A stretch of DNA of 64,000 nt from Gammaproteobacteria bacterium (GCA_029289265.1 JARFTX010000005.1:34452-98451), one strand, 5' to 3'; counted from the stretch's first letter, positions 41,037-48,955 are shown. The notes: a model not told the origin generated them from the sequence alone. Made by a program: numbers and translations.

Positions 41037-41095
41037 TCTATCACCTGCGAAGGCACCGTTGGTTGCCTCGAGACAACTCCCGCAGGAGCCCTGAC

Positions 41096-42121
41096 ATGAA
41101 GAAGAAACTCGCAATCGCCGCCACCGTCGCCGCACTCGGCGCAGCCGGCCAGGCCCAGGCTGCCTTCACCTCGATCTTCGTGAGCCCCGACGGCAGCGGG
41201 TTCGCGAACGCGATCGAGATCACAACCCTCAATTGGCTTGCCGGCAACGCGCTCGCCACAGGTGCGCTGGGGGCCGTCGGCCAGACCCAGGCAGACCTCG
41301 CGGACAATACAATCACCACATTCTATCAAGCGGCCCTGAACACCTTCGTGTTCAACCCTGCAGGCACGTCTACGTCATTTTTGCCTCCAGCCGGATTCGA
41401 GTGGACAGTAACCGCGACGATTGTTGAGCAGGCCGTCGGGGTCGGCGCAGCAACCGCCAGCTTCTTCCCATTCGCGGGTTCGGTGTCGATCTGGTACGGC
41501 CCGCAAAACGCAAACGACATCTCCGGCACTGGCTATGCGGATGGAATCGAAATTCTGCGGGGCACGATCGTGGGCGGTAGTGGCACCTTCACGGATACAA
41601 CCCGCACGGTGTGCAATGCGATCGCCCCGGCACCATGCACCCCGGCTACTGTTCCGACGCTGTTCCCCGATCTTGACCAATTCGGCGCGAACAATGCGCC
41701 CGGAGTGCTCACGCACATCGGCAATGGCCAGTCCGAGATCAAGGTGGATATCGGGGCAAGCGTCGGCGACTTCATCAACCCGAACTTCTTCCTCACGAAC
41801 ATCACCTCCTTCGAGTTCCTGCTCACCGGACTCGAGGACGTGAACGACTCCGGGCAGTTGTTCGCGCCCTTCAACCAGGCCAACCCGTCCGACCTCGTCC
41901 TCGGCGTCGCGCCGTCGTACAGCCTGGTGAACGGGCAGCTGATCAACGGCGGCGACTGCCCGACCGATGCCAACGGCAATTTCACCCAGCGTTGCGACTT
42001 CCACTTCCAGACGCTCAACACGACGTCGTTCCGCGCGGTGCCGGAACCGGGCGCCCTGGCGCTCGCCGGTCTGGGCTTGGGCTTGCTCGGGTTCTTCGCC
42101 CGCCGCCGCACCAGCGTCTGA
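41096..42121 (+). CDS. PEP-CTERM sorting-domain protein (exosortase cargo 1)
   Basis: Sec signal MKKKLAIAATVAALGAAGQAQA. C-terminal VPEPGALALAGLGLGLLGFFARRRTSV (PEP motif, TM helix, Arg cluster). AGGAG ribosome-binding site. The mature part has Cx7C and Cx11C pairs. Confidence 0.88.
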   Translation: MKKKLAIAATVAALGAAGQAQAAFTSIFVSPDGSGFANAIEITTLNWLAGNALATGALGAVGQTQADLADNTITTFYQAALNTFVFNPAGTSTSFLPPAGFEWTVTATIVEQAVGVGAATASFFPFAGSVSIWYGPQNANDISGTGYADGIEILRGTIVGGSGTFTDTTRTVCNAIAPAPCTPATVPTLFPDLDQFGANNAPGVLTHIGNGQSEIKVDIGASVGDFINPNFFLTNITSFEFLLTGLEDVNDSGQLFAPFNQANPSDLVLGVAPSYSLVNGQLINGGDCPTDANGNFTQRCDFHFQTLNTTSFRAVPEPGALALAGLGLGLLGFFARRRTSV

Positions 42122-42147
42122 TCCGGACACGAGCCGGTTGAACGAAA

Positions 42148-42176
42148 GGCCCGCCAGCGATGGCGGGCCGTTTCAT
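42148..42176. terminator. hairpin terminator between the convergent cargo-1 and nitroreductase genes
   Basis: GGCCCGCC-agcgat-GGCGGGCC followed by GTTTCATT. Lies in the 100-bp convergent gap. Confidence 0.65.
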
Positions 42177-42220
42177 TCCGGGTGCGCAGCGCAGCCCTGC
42201 GGCGGCCGTCGAAGCACGGG

Positions 42221-43309
42221 TCAGGCTCGGGCGTCGCCCCCTTCCCACATCAGGCTGTCGAGCGGGCGACGCGTAGAGCGCGCCCGAGGCAGGGCGGCGA
42301 CCCCCACCCGCGCGAGGATGACCGGATGCGTCCCCTGTGTGTCGACACAACGCTCGAAGCGATCGGCCAACCGTCCGATGGCGGCGTCGATTTCCGGCAG
42401 CTTCGATGCCTTGGCGCCTGCTCGGGCATACCAGCGGAAGATCACCGGCGTCATCTCCGGCTGCATATGCAGACCCACCGAATGCGCGACAAGCCAGAAG
42501 CGCTGCATGGATCGGCCGGCGGCGACGAAATCCTCGAGCGTCCGCGGCGCCGTCCGGGCCGCGATCAGCACGTGCGCTGCGCAGTAGATCCCTGGCAGGT
42601 AGTCCAGTTGCACTCTGGGCGCAACCGTGCCCATCAAGTAGCGGTTGAAGAAATCGACCCGCTCCCAACTCTGCATCACCCAGCGCATGAGGCGCGCCGT
42701 GAGCGGATCGACGCCAACCGCCTGGTCGGGGATGCGGTCCTCGCTGAAGCGTGCGTTCCATTCGATCACGTCGCGATGCACCGCATAGGCTTCGGGGCAG
42801 GTGAGGCGAATCTTCGCGTTGTCCCACAGCAGCCCGGCCATCTGCCGCCGCTGCGCGAACGATTCGAAGAACACCACTTCGAAACCCGGCCCCGGCGCCT
42901 CGGCGAGCGCGCATCGCTGCTCGGAGGTGAGCGGGGTGGTCTTCATCGGTCTCCGCTGCACCGTCCGGGAACGGATATGCGCGGCGAGCGGGTCGGGACC
43001 GACCGCCGGGTCGTGCGCGAGCCGCACGTCGTAGATCGGCGCCGTGTCGGGTGTGCCCTCGCGCAGCGTCCACTGCGCCGCCAGCCCGAACGTCGTGGCC
43101 GCAAGGCGCAGGGTCTCGAGCAAGGCCCCGTGCGCCATGTGGCTGGCACGACCCTCGAAGTCGTAGAGGACTTCCCTGCGCGTATCGAAACCGTGAATGG
43201 CGATCCAGTCGTCGGCAACGATCTCGAAGCGCCACGGCTGAGTGTTGTCACCGCTGGGCGCCCAGCGGGTGAGATCGAGGATTTTCAGGAGCGTATCGCG
43301 ATCGGTCAT
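42221..43309 (-). CDS. Acg-like double-domain nitroreductase-superfamily (FMN) protein
   Basis: N-terminus LLKILDLTRWAPSGDNTQPWRFEI (nitroreductase signature). 362 aa, with a second half-domain after IRSRTVQRRPM, as in Acg/Rv3131-type proteins. The ATG overlaps the ThiF stop (ATGA, 43306-43309). Confidence 0.8.
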   Translation of the reverse strand: MTDRDTLLKILDLTRWAPSGDNTQPWRFEIVADDWIAIHGFDTRREVLYDFEGRASHMAHGALLETLRLAATTFGLAAQWTLREGTPDTAPIYDVRLAHDPAVGPDPLAAHIRSRTVQRRPMKTTPLTSEQRCALAEAPGPGFEVVFFESFAQRRQMAGLLWDNAKIRLTCPEAYAVHRDVIEWNARFSEDRIPDQAVGVDPLTARLMRWVMQSWERVDFFNRYLMGTVAPRVQLDYLPGIYCAAHVLIAARTAPRTLEDFVAAGRSMQRFWLVAHSVGLHMQPEMTPVIFRWYARAGAKASKLPEIDAAIGRLADRFERCVDTQGTHPVILARVGVAALPRARSTRRPLDSLMWEGGDARA

Positions 43310-44190
43310 GATGTCTGCACGGCGCGCTTCATGCGCGCGAGTTGCCCGCGCGCGAGCCAAAGGGCCAGGCGCTGGAGCGGGTTGCGATTGCCGCCCGGGC
43401 GCCAGGTTTTCACCATGCGCTGCCGGTAGGCGTCGAATTGATAGCCATGCGGAGCAGGACGCAACCCAGGCCGACCGAGGAGGATTCGCACCGCCTCGGC
43501 GCCGGTCACGCCGGCGCACAACTGGCAGGCGACAATGGTCGAGGGGCCGCGCCGTTCGGCCAGATTGACCCGCGAAGCATCGGCCAGGTAGCCACGCTGC
43601 AGCATCCGCGGAGACAGGCCGAGCAGGAAGCGGATCGACATTTCCTCATCGTCGCAGTCGTCGAAGCAGAAATAGTCGTCGAAGGACATGCCTTCCGGCG
43701 CGAACACCAGAACGGCGGCGCCAAAGCCGAGCGGCGCCGCGGTCACCGCGGGGATGCCCAGCTTGCGGCAGGCGGCGAACACCGCCCGGCGAGCCTCGAA
43801 GGCGAAGAAGTCGAGCCCGTCGACATAGAGCGCCGCATCGGCGAGGAACTCCTCGACGTTCGAGAGGCCGACGCCTCCGGGAAAGCGACGCAGATCGAGT
43901 TCGGGATTGATGTCCGCGGCCATGGCCGCGAGTGTGTCGAGTTTCGGCCGTCCGAGCGAGGAAACCACGGCGCCGGCCTGGCGGTTGAAATTGACGAGAT
44001 CGAAGGTATCGAAATCGGCAATGCTGAATGCGCCGATTCCGAGCCGCGCGAGCGTGAGCAGATGCACGCCGCCGACCCCGCCCATCCCGGCGATTGCCAC
44101 GCGCGAAGCGCGCAGCGTCCGCTGCTCGGCCTCGGTCACCCAACCAATGTTGCGCGAGAAGGCCGCTTCGTAGCCGAATTCGGCGTGCAT
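43306..44190 (-). CDS. ThiF/MoeB/HesA-family E1-like adenylyltransferase
   Basis: Intact nucleotide-binding loop VAIAGMGGVGGVHLLTLARLGIGAFSIADFDTFDLVNFNRQ. 294 aa; no rhodanese domain. Confidence 0.85.
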   Translation of the reverse strand: MHAEFGYEAAFSRNIGWVTEAEQRTLRASRVAIAGMGGVGGVHLLTLARLGIGAFSIADFDTFDLVNFNRQAGAVVSSLGRPKLDTLAAMAADINPELDLRRFPGGVGLSNVEEFLADAALYVDGLDFFAFEARRAVFAACRKLGIPAVTAAPLGFGAAVLVFAPEGMSFDDYFCFDDCDDEEMSIRFLLGLSPRMLQRGYLADASRVNLAERRGPSTIVACQLCAGVTGAEAVRILLGRPGLRPAPHGYQFDAYRQRMVKTWRPGGNRNPLQRLALWLARGQLARMKRAVQTS

Positions 44191-44259
44191 GAGGCCTATC
44201 CTTCGTTCGTAGACCTTTGACGGTTATCATACATCCATGACGACCCGATCGGCTTTCGC

Positions 44260-45501
44260 ATGTTGACGGCATTCGTGGACGGCATCACGAAACAAACGCG
44301 GCTCGCCGGCCGGAATCTCGTTCGCCAGCGCCGCCGCGCCGCGCTCGCGATGCTGACCATCTGCGGAGGCGTCGTCACCTTTCTGCTCGCCGGGGGATTC
44401 ATCAACTGGATCCTCGACAGCATGCGGGAATCCACCATCCACTCGCAGTTGGGCCACGTCCAGATCGTCCGGCCCGGCTACCTGCGCGACGGGTTGGGCG
44501 ATCCTTACAGCTACCTGCTGCCCGCCGACACCGATGCCGTCACAGCCGAGCGCGTGCCGGCGTTGCGCACCGTGGCGCCACGCCTGGCGTTCAGCGGACT
44601 CGTCAGCAAGGGCGAGGAAACCATCTCGTTCGTCGGCGAAGGCATCGACCCCATTGGCGAAGCGGATATCGGCCAGTCGGTGATGATCGTCCAGGGGCAG
44701 GACCTGACCGCGGCCTCCCCCGACAGCGCCCTGCTCGGCGTCGGCCTCGCGGCGAACCTCGGTGCCGCCCCGGGCGACCAGATCGTCCTGCTTGCGACCA
44801 CCGCGAGCGGCGGCATCAATGCGATCGAGCTCACGATCGCCGGCCTGTTCGCCACGCCTGCCAAGGCCTATGACGACTCCGTGCTGCGGATTCCGATCGA
44901 TAGCGCGCGCACCCTGATGCGTGTCGAGGGCGCGACGAGCTGGGTCGTCCTGCTCGAGCGCACCCGCGCGACCGAGGCCGCCCTCGCCCACCTGCGCACG
45001 CACCTGTCGGCGGAAGAGTTCGAGATCGTTCCGTGGTACGACCTCGCCGACTTCTACAACAAGACCGTGGAGCTCTTCACCCGTCAGGTCGATGTCGTGC
45101 GGCTGCTGATCGCCCTCATCGTCATCCTGAGCATCGGCAACACCTTGTCGATGGCCGTGGTCGAGCGCACCAGCGAGATCGGCACCTCGATGGCGCTGGG
45201 GGTGCGGCGCCGCGGCATCATGACCATGTTCCTCGCCGAAGGCGCACTGCTCGGGATGGTCGGAGGCGTGGTCGGCGTCACGGCCGGAATCTTGCTGGCG
45301 GCGGTGATCTCGTTCGTCGGCATCCCGATGCCCCCTCCGCCCGGCATGGACATGGGTTTCATCGGCGAGATCTCGATATCGCCCGGCCTCGCGCTCGACG
45401 CCTTCTTGCTGGCATTCGTGACAACTTTGCTTGCGAGCCTCTTCCCGGCGTGGAAGGCTTCCCGGATGAACATCGTGGACGCGCTGCGCCAGCAACGATG
45501 A
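44260..45501 (+). CDS. FtsX/MacB/LolCE-type ABC transporter permease 1
   Basis: N-terminal LAGRNLVRQRRRAALAML TM1, a large periplasmic domain, and a C-terminal FtsX module (MALGVRRRGIMTMFLAEGALLGMVGGVVG...ASRMNIVDALRQ). Confidence 0.85.
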   Translation: MLTAFVDGITKQTRLAGRNLVRQRRRAALAMLTICGGVVTFLLAGGFINWILDSMRESTIHSQLGHVQIVRPGYLRDGLGDPYSYLLPADTDAVTAERVPALRTVAPRLAFSGLVSKGEETISFVGEGIDPIGEADIGQSVMIVQGQDLTAASPDSALLGVGLAANLGAAPGDQIVLLATTASGGINAIELTIAGLFATPAKAYDDSVLRIPIDSARTLMRVEGATSWVVLLERTRATEAALAHLRTHLSAEEFEIVPWYDLADFYNKTVELFTRQVDVVRLLIALIVILSIGNTLSMAVVERTSEIGTSMALGVRRRGIMTMFLAEGALLGMVGGVVGVTAGILLAAVISFVGIPMPPPPGMDMGFIGEISISPGLALDAFLLAFVTTLLASLFPAWKASRMNIVDALRQQR

Positions 45502-46721
45502 TCGGAATGATCCTCCGCCTCGCGCTGCGCAATCTCCTGCGCCAACGGATCCGCACGGCGATGACACTCGCCGCGATCGTGTTCGGAGTATCGGGCCTGG
45601 TCGTCTCGGGCGGCTTCGTCCAGGACATCTTCGTCCAACTGGGCGAAGCGATCATCCACTCGCAGACTGGTCATGTACAGGTCGTGCGCAAGGATTTCAT
45701 CGAGCGCGGAACGCGCCGTCCCGAACGCTACCTGATCGACGGACCGGAACAGGTCGCCGCCCAAATCGAGTCCCTGCCCGAGGTCAAGGAGGTCGCGAGC
45801 CGGCTGAGCTTTACTGGCGCGCTCAACAACGGCCGGCGCGATCTGGGCATCATAGGCGAGGGCATCGAACCGGACAAGGAGGCGCGACTGGGAACCTTCC
45901 TGACGATCACGGCGGGACGGCACCTGACCGATTCGGACCTGTTCGGCATGGTCGTCGGACAAGGGGTCGCCCACGCGTTGAGCCTCACACCGGGCGACGT
46001 GGTGACGTTGGTCATGAGTACAGCCGATGGCGCCCTCAACACGCTGGATTTCGAGCTGATCGGAGTATTCCAGAGCTTTTCGCGCGACTTCGATGCGCGC
46101 GCCGTGCGCATCCCCCTCTCGGCCGCCCAGGAGCTGATGCTGACCCCGGGCGTGAACGTTCTGGTCGCCACCCTGCATCGCACCGAGGACACCGACGGCG
46201 CCTACGCGCAGATCGTCGCCGGGCTGGACCCGGAGTCGCTCGAGGCCCATCACTGGCGGATGCTGTCGGATTTCTACGAGAAGACGCTCGACCTCTACGA
46301 CCGGCAGTTCGGCGTGCTACAGCTCATCATCCTCGCCATGGTGCTGCTGTCCGTCGCCAACAGCGTGAATATGGCGACTTTCGAGCGCATGAGCGAGTTC
46401 GGCACCATGCAGGCCCTGGGCAACCGTCGGCGGCACGTCTTCGGCCTCATCGTTGCCGAGAACGTGCTGCTGGGCGCGATCGGCGCAGTGCTGGGGGCGC
46501 TGGTCGGAGTCGCGCTGGCATTGGTGATCTCGGCGGTGGGCATCGCGATGCCGCCGCCGCCCAATGCCAACGTCGGTTACACCGCCGCGATCCGGCTCGT
46601 GCCGGAGACCATCGCCGCCGCCATGCTGATCGGCTTTCTGGCCACTTCGCTGGCGGCGATTCTTCCGGCTCGCCGTGTCTCTTCGGCGGCGGTCGTCGAT
46701 GCGCTCAGACAAGGGGCCTAG
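45498..46721 (+). CDS. FtsX/MacB/LolCE-type ABC transporter permease 2
   Basis: Paralogous architecture (LALRNLLRQRIRTAMTL...QALGNRRRHVFGLIVAENVLLGAIGAVLG...ARRVSSAAVVDALRQ). ATGA overlap with permease 1. Confidence 0.85.
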   Translation: MIGMILRLALRNLLRQRIRTAMTLAAIVFGVSGLVVSGGFVQDIFVQLGEAIIHSQTGHVQVVRKDFIERGTRRPERYLIDGPEQVAAQIESLPEVKEVASRLSFTGALNNGRRDLGIIGEGIEPDKEARLGTFLTITAGRHLTDSDLFGMVVGQGVAHALSLTPGDVVTLVMSTADGALNTLDFELIGVFQSFSRDFDARAVRIPLSAAQELMLTPGVNVLVATLHRTEDTDGAYAQIVAGLDPESLEAHHWRMLSDFYEKTLDLYDRQFGVLQLIILAMVLLSVANSVNMATFERMSEFGTMQALGNRRRHVFGLIVAENVLLGAIGAVLGALVGVALALVISAVGIAMPPPPNANVGYTAAIRLVPETIAAAMLIGFLATSLAAILPARRVSSAAVVDALRQGA

Positions 46722-46722
46722 C

Positions 46723-47496
46723 ATGTCGCTGTTCGACCGTTTCAACCTTGGACATGGCTTCAGCAAGTATTTCCGTGTCGACCCGGCAACCGACGACGCG
46801 ATGCGCGACGAGGTCTTCCGCATTCGCCACGAGGTCTATTGCCAGGAATTGCGCTTCGAGCCCGAACGGGCCGATCGGCGGGAGTGGGACGAGTACGACG
46901 CCCATAGCCTGCACTGCCTGCTGCGCACCAGCCAGTCGCCCCATCAGCCGGTTGGCTGCACTCGACTGGTCCTGACCAACCCGGACGACCGCGGCCAGCC
47001 GCTGCCTTTCGAGCGCACTTGCGCCGCCACGCTGGACCGCTCCATCATCGACCCGGCGCGGCTGCCGCGCGAGCGCATCGCCGAGGTGTCGCGCCTGGCC
47101 GTTCGCGCGAGCTACCGGCGGCGGCGCAACGAAAACGCCTCGCCCATGGCCCTGAGCGAAGAGGATTTCGGCTCGGTGACCCGGCCGCGCTTCCCCTACG
47201 TCCCGATCGGACTCTACCTGGGCGCAATCGCGCTGGCTGCCCGCAATGGCATCGACACGATCTTCGTCCTGACGGAGCCCCGCCTGGCCAGCCATTTCGC
47301 CAAGCTCGGGGTCGATGTCCGGCGCATCGGCGGGCCGGTCGAGCATCGTGGCACCCGCGTGCCGTCGATGATGGACGTCCAGTCCATCATCGCCAACATG
47401 CGCTTCCTGGTGCGGCCGATGTGGCGCGTGGTGCGAGACGAAATCGAACGGGGGTTTTCCGAGGCCCCGCACGCGGCGGCCGACATCGAGCCGTGA
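46723..47496 (+). CDS. N-acyl amino acid synthase, PEP-CTERM/exosortase-system-associated type (GNAT/LuxI-like)
   Basis: MSLFDRFNLGHGFSKYFRVDPATDDAMRDEVFRIRHEVYCQELRFE...RIAEVSRLAV...FVLTEPRLASHFAKLGV matches my recollection of the TIGR03694 family. The ATG lies 1 nt after the permease-2 stop. Confidence 0.82.
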   Translation: MSLFDRFNLGHGFSKYFRVDPATDDAMRDEVFRIRHEVYCQELRFEPERADRREWDEYDAHSLHCLLRTSQSPHQPVGCTRLVLTNPDDRGQPLPFERTCAATLDRSIIDPARLPRERIAEVSRLAVRASYRRRRNENASPMALSEEDFGSVTRPRFPYVPIGLYLGAIALAARNGIDTIFVLTEPRLASHFAKLGVDVRRIGGPVEHRGTRVPSMMDVQSIIANMRFLVRPMWRVVRDEIERGFSEAPHAAADIEP

Positions 47497-47566
47497 GCAC
47501 CTGCCACGCCGGCACTCGGACGTCCGTGGGTGCGTAGCGCCACGGTTTCCAGGATTCAAATGCGAC

Positions 47567-47587
47567 CGGGGCGCTCTGCGCGCCCCG
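47567..47587. terminator. GC-rich hairpin in the convergent gap (candidate terminator)
   Basis: CGGGGCGC-tctgc-GCGCCCCG, an 8-bp perfect stem between the NAS stop (47496) and the cargo-2 stop (47616). U-tracts are weak. Confidence 0.45.
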
Positions 47588-47615
47588 ATCGCCCCCCGAT
47601 TATTGTTTCAGGGTG

Positions 47616-48755
47616 TCAGCTCATGCTGCGCATCCGGCGGCGCAGGCTGGCCCCGATGCCGAACAGCCCGAGGCCGACCAGCGCAAGACTCGCAGGCTCC
47701 GGCACCTCGATGAAGGTGGTATTGCTCGACGCAAGGAAGAGCTGCTCGAAGCCGTTGTCGATGCGCAGATTGTCGCAACTCGGGGCAATGCGCGGGTCGC
47801 AACCCAGCCACAGCTCGAGGTGCATCGAGTACTCGCTCAGGACCGCGTCGCTGAGCGGGAAGAGCTGGCTCAGGTACTGGTTGAGGAGCGGCACGTCGGC
47901 GGCATAGGCGGCCTGGTTGGCGCCCAGATTGTGGTTGAAGCGGACGATGCCGGCAGCGTTCGAGCACGGCACGATGGGGTTGCCAGCTTGCGTCGAATCA
48001 AGGCAGACCTCGCCGCCGGAGAGCACGTAGTCGGTGATGAAGTTGCCTTGCGCATCGACGCCGATTCCCGGCAGCATCACGTTGCCAGGGTTGTACGTCG
48101 TCGCATCGCCGAGCGGGATGCCGCCGAACCCATACGCGCTCATGTTGTTGCTCAGGTAGAGATGGCGGCCGAACAGGTCGCCGTTCGGGTCGGTGAGCCA
48201 GAGCTTCGCCCAGATCGCGAGGTTCTGATCCCGGTTGGTCTCGTTGTTGTTGAACAGGAACAACGGATTGCCGCCGTCGAGGAAGCTCTTGAGCGCGAAC
48301 AGGCTCGCATCCCAGGTGGTGGCGAGTTGGGTGTGAACGCCTGCCCCACCGCCGGCGTTGGTGGGCTCGATCAGGTTGATCGCCCCTGTGCCGGCGTTCG
48401 GCGCGGTCGCGATGAAATTGGTCGTCGACGCGAAGTCGCCCTGTTGGCCCGACGGGGTCTGGTAGGCGTGTTCGAAGCCGCTGACGTTGGTCGTGACGTC
48501 CTGCCCTCCAGCCCCGGTGTAGATCACCACCAGATCCTTGATCGCTCCCGGTGTCGAGGCAATGTAGTAGGGGTTCCCCGGCCCGGTCTGCTGAGGATTG
48601 AACTCCCAGGCCGCGATCGGCAGCGAATAGACGTTGACGTTGCCGAAGGTCAGGAAGCCGACGCCGTTCAGGTCGAGCAACGCGGCGTTGGCACTGCCGA
48701 CACAGAGCGCACTGGTAAGACCCACGCATCCCAAAAGCATCTTGCTCGATTTCAT
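47616..48755 (-). CDS. PEP-CTERM sorting-domain protein (exosortase cargo 2)
   Basis: Sec signal MKSSKMLLGCVGLTSALCVGSANA. C-terminal VPEPASLALVGLGLFGIGASLRRRMRSMS. GGAG ribosome-binding site. The mature part has Cx12C and Cx7C pairs. Confidence 0.88.
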   Translation of the reverse strand: MKSSKMLLGCVGLTSALCVGSANAALLDLNGVGFLTFGNVNVYSLPIAAWEFNPQQTGPGNPYYIASTPGAIKDLVVIYTGAGGQDVTTNVSGFEHAYQTPSGQQGDFASTTNFIATAPNAGTGAINLIEPTNAGGGAGVHTQLATTWDASLFALKSFLDGGNPLFLFNNNETNRDQNLAIWAKLWLTDPNGDLFGRHLYLSNNMSAYGFGGIPLGDATTYNPGNVMLPGIGVDAQGNFITDYVLSGGEVCLDSTQAGNPIVPCSNAAGIVRFNHNLGANQAAYAADVPLLNQYLSQLFPLSDAVLSEYSMHLELWLGCDPRIAPSCDNLRIDNGFEQLFLASSNTTFIEVPEPASLALVGLGLFGIGASLRRRMRSMS

Positions 48756-48809
48756 GGCGAATTCTCCACATCTGCGGCATGAACCCCATGCCTCTTTGCC
48801 ATGAACAAA

Positions 48810-48824
48810 GCAATTGACGCGCCA
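48810..48824 (-). promoter_or_regulatory. sigma-54 (-24/-12) promoter upstream of PEP-CTERM gene 2
   Basis: The minus strand reads TGGCGCgtcaaTTGCT, one mismatch to TGGCAC-N5-TTGC with exact spacing, 55 nt upstream of the ATG at 48755. An A/T tract lies at 48842-48858, just upstream. Confidence 0.7.
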
Positions 48825-48955
48825 CTTCATGCACAAGGCTGTTTTTTATTTATTTTTTGCATTCAGCAGCCCCGACCGACCGTCCCATTGTAAAAAAAAC
48901 CGACACACCACGCCCGGCGCGTCGTTGTTCCCTTTTGGCACGATTGAAATCAAGA

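Noticed and set aside
42221-44190. Thiazole/oxazole-modified microcin (TOMM) cluster
   Set aside because: E1-like and nitroreductase-fold proteins are present, but there is no YcaO cyclodehydratase and no Cys/Ser/Thr-rich precursor ORF in the flanking gaps. The nitroreductase is Acg-like rather than clearly SagB-like.
48936-48950. TGGCACgattgAAAT on the plus strand, resembling a sigma-54 -24 element
   Set aside because: The -12 GC is missing (AAAT instead of TTGC), and it points into the antisense strand of prpE.
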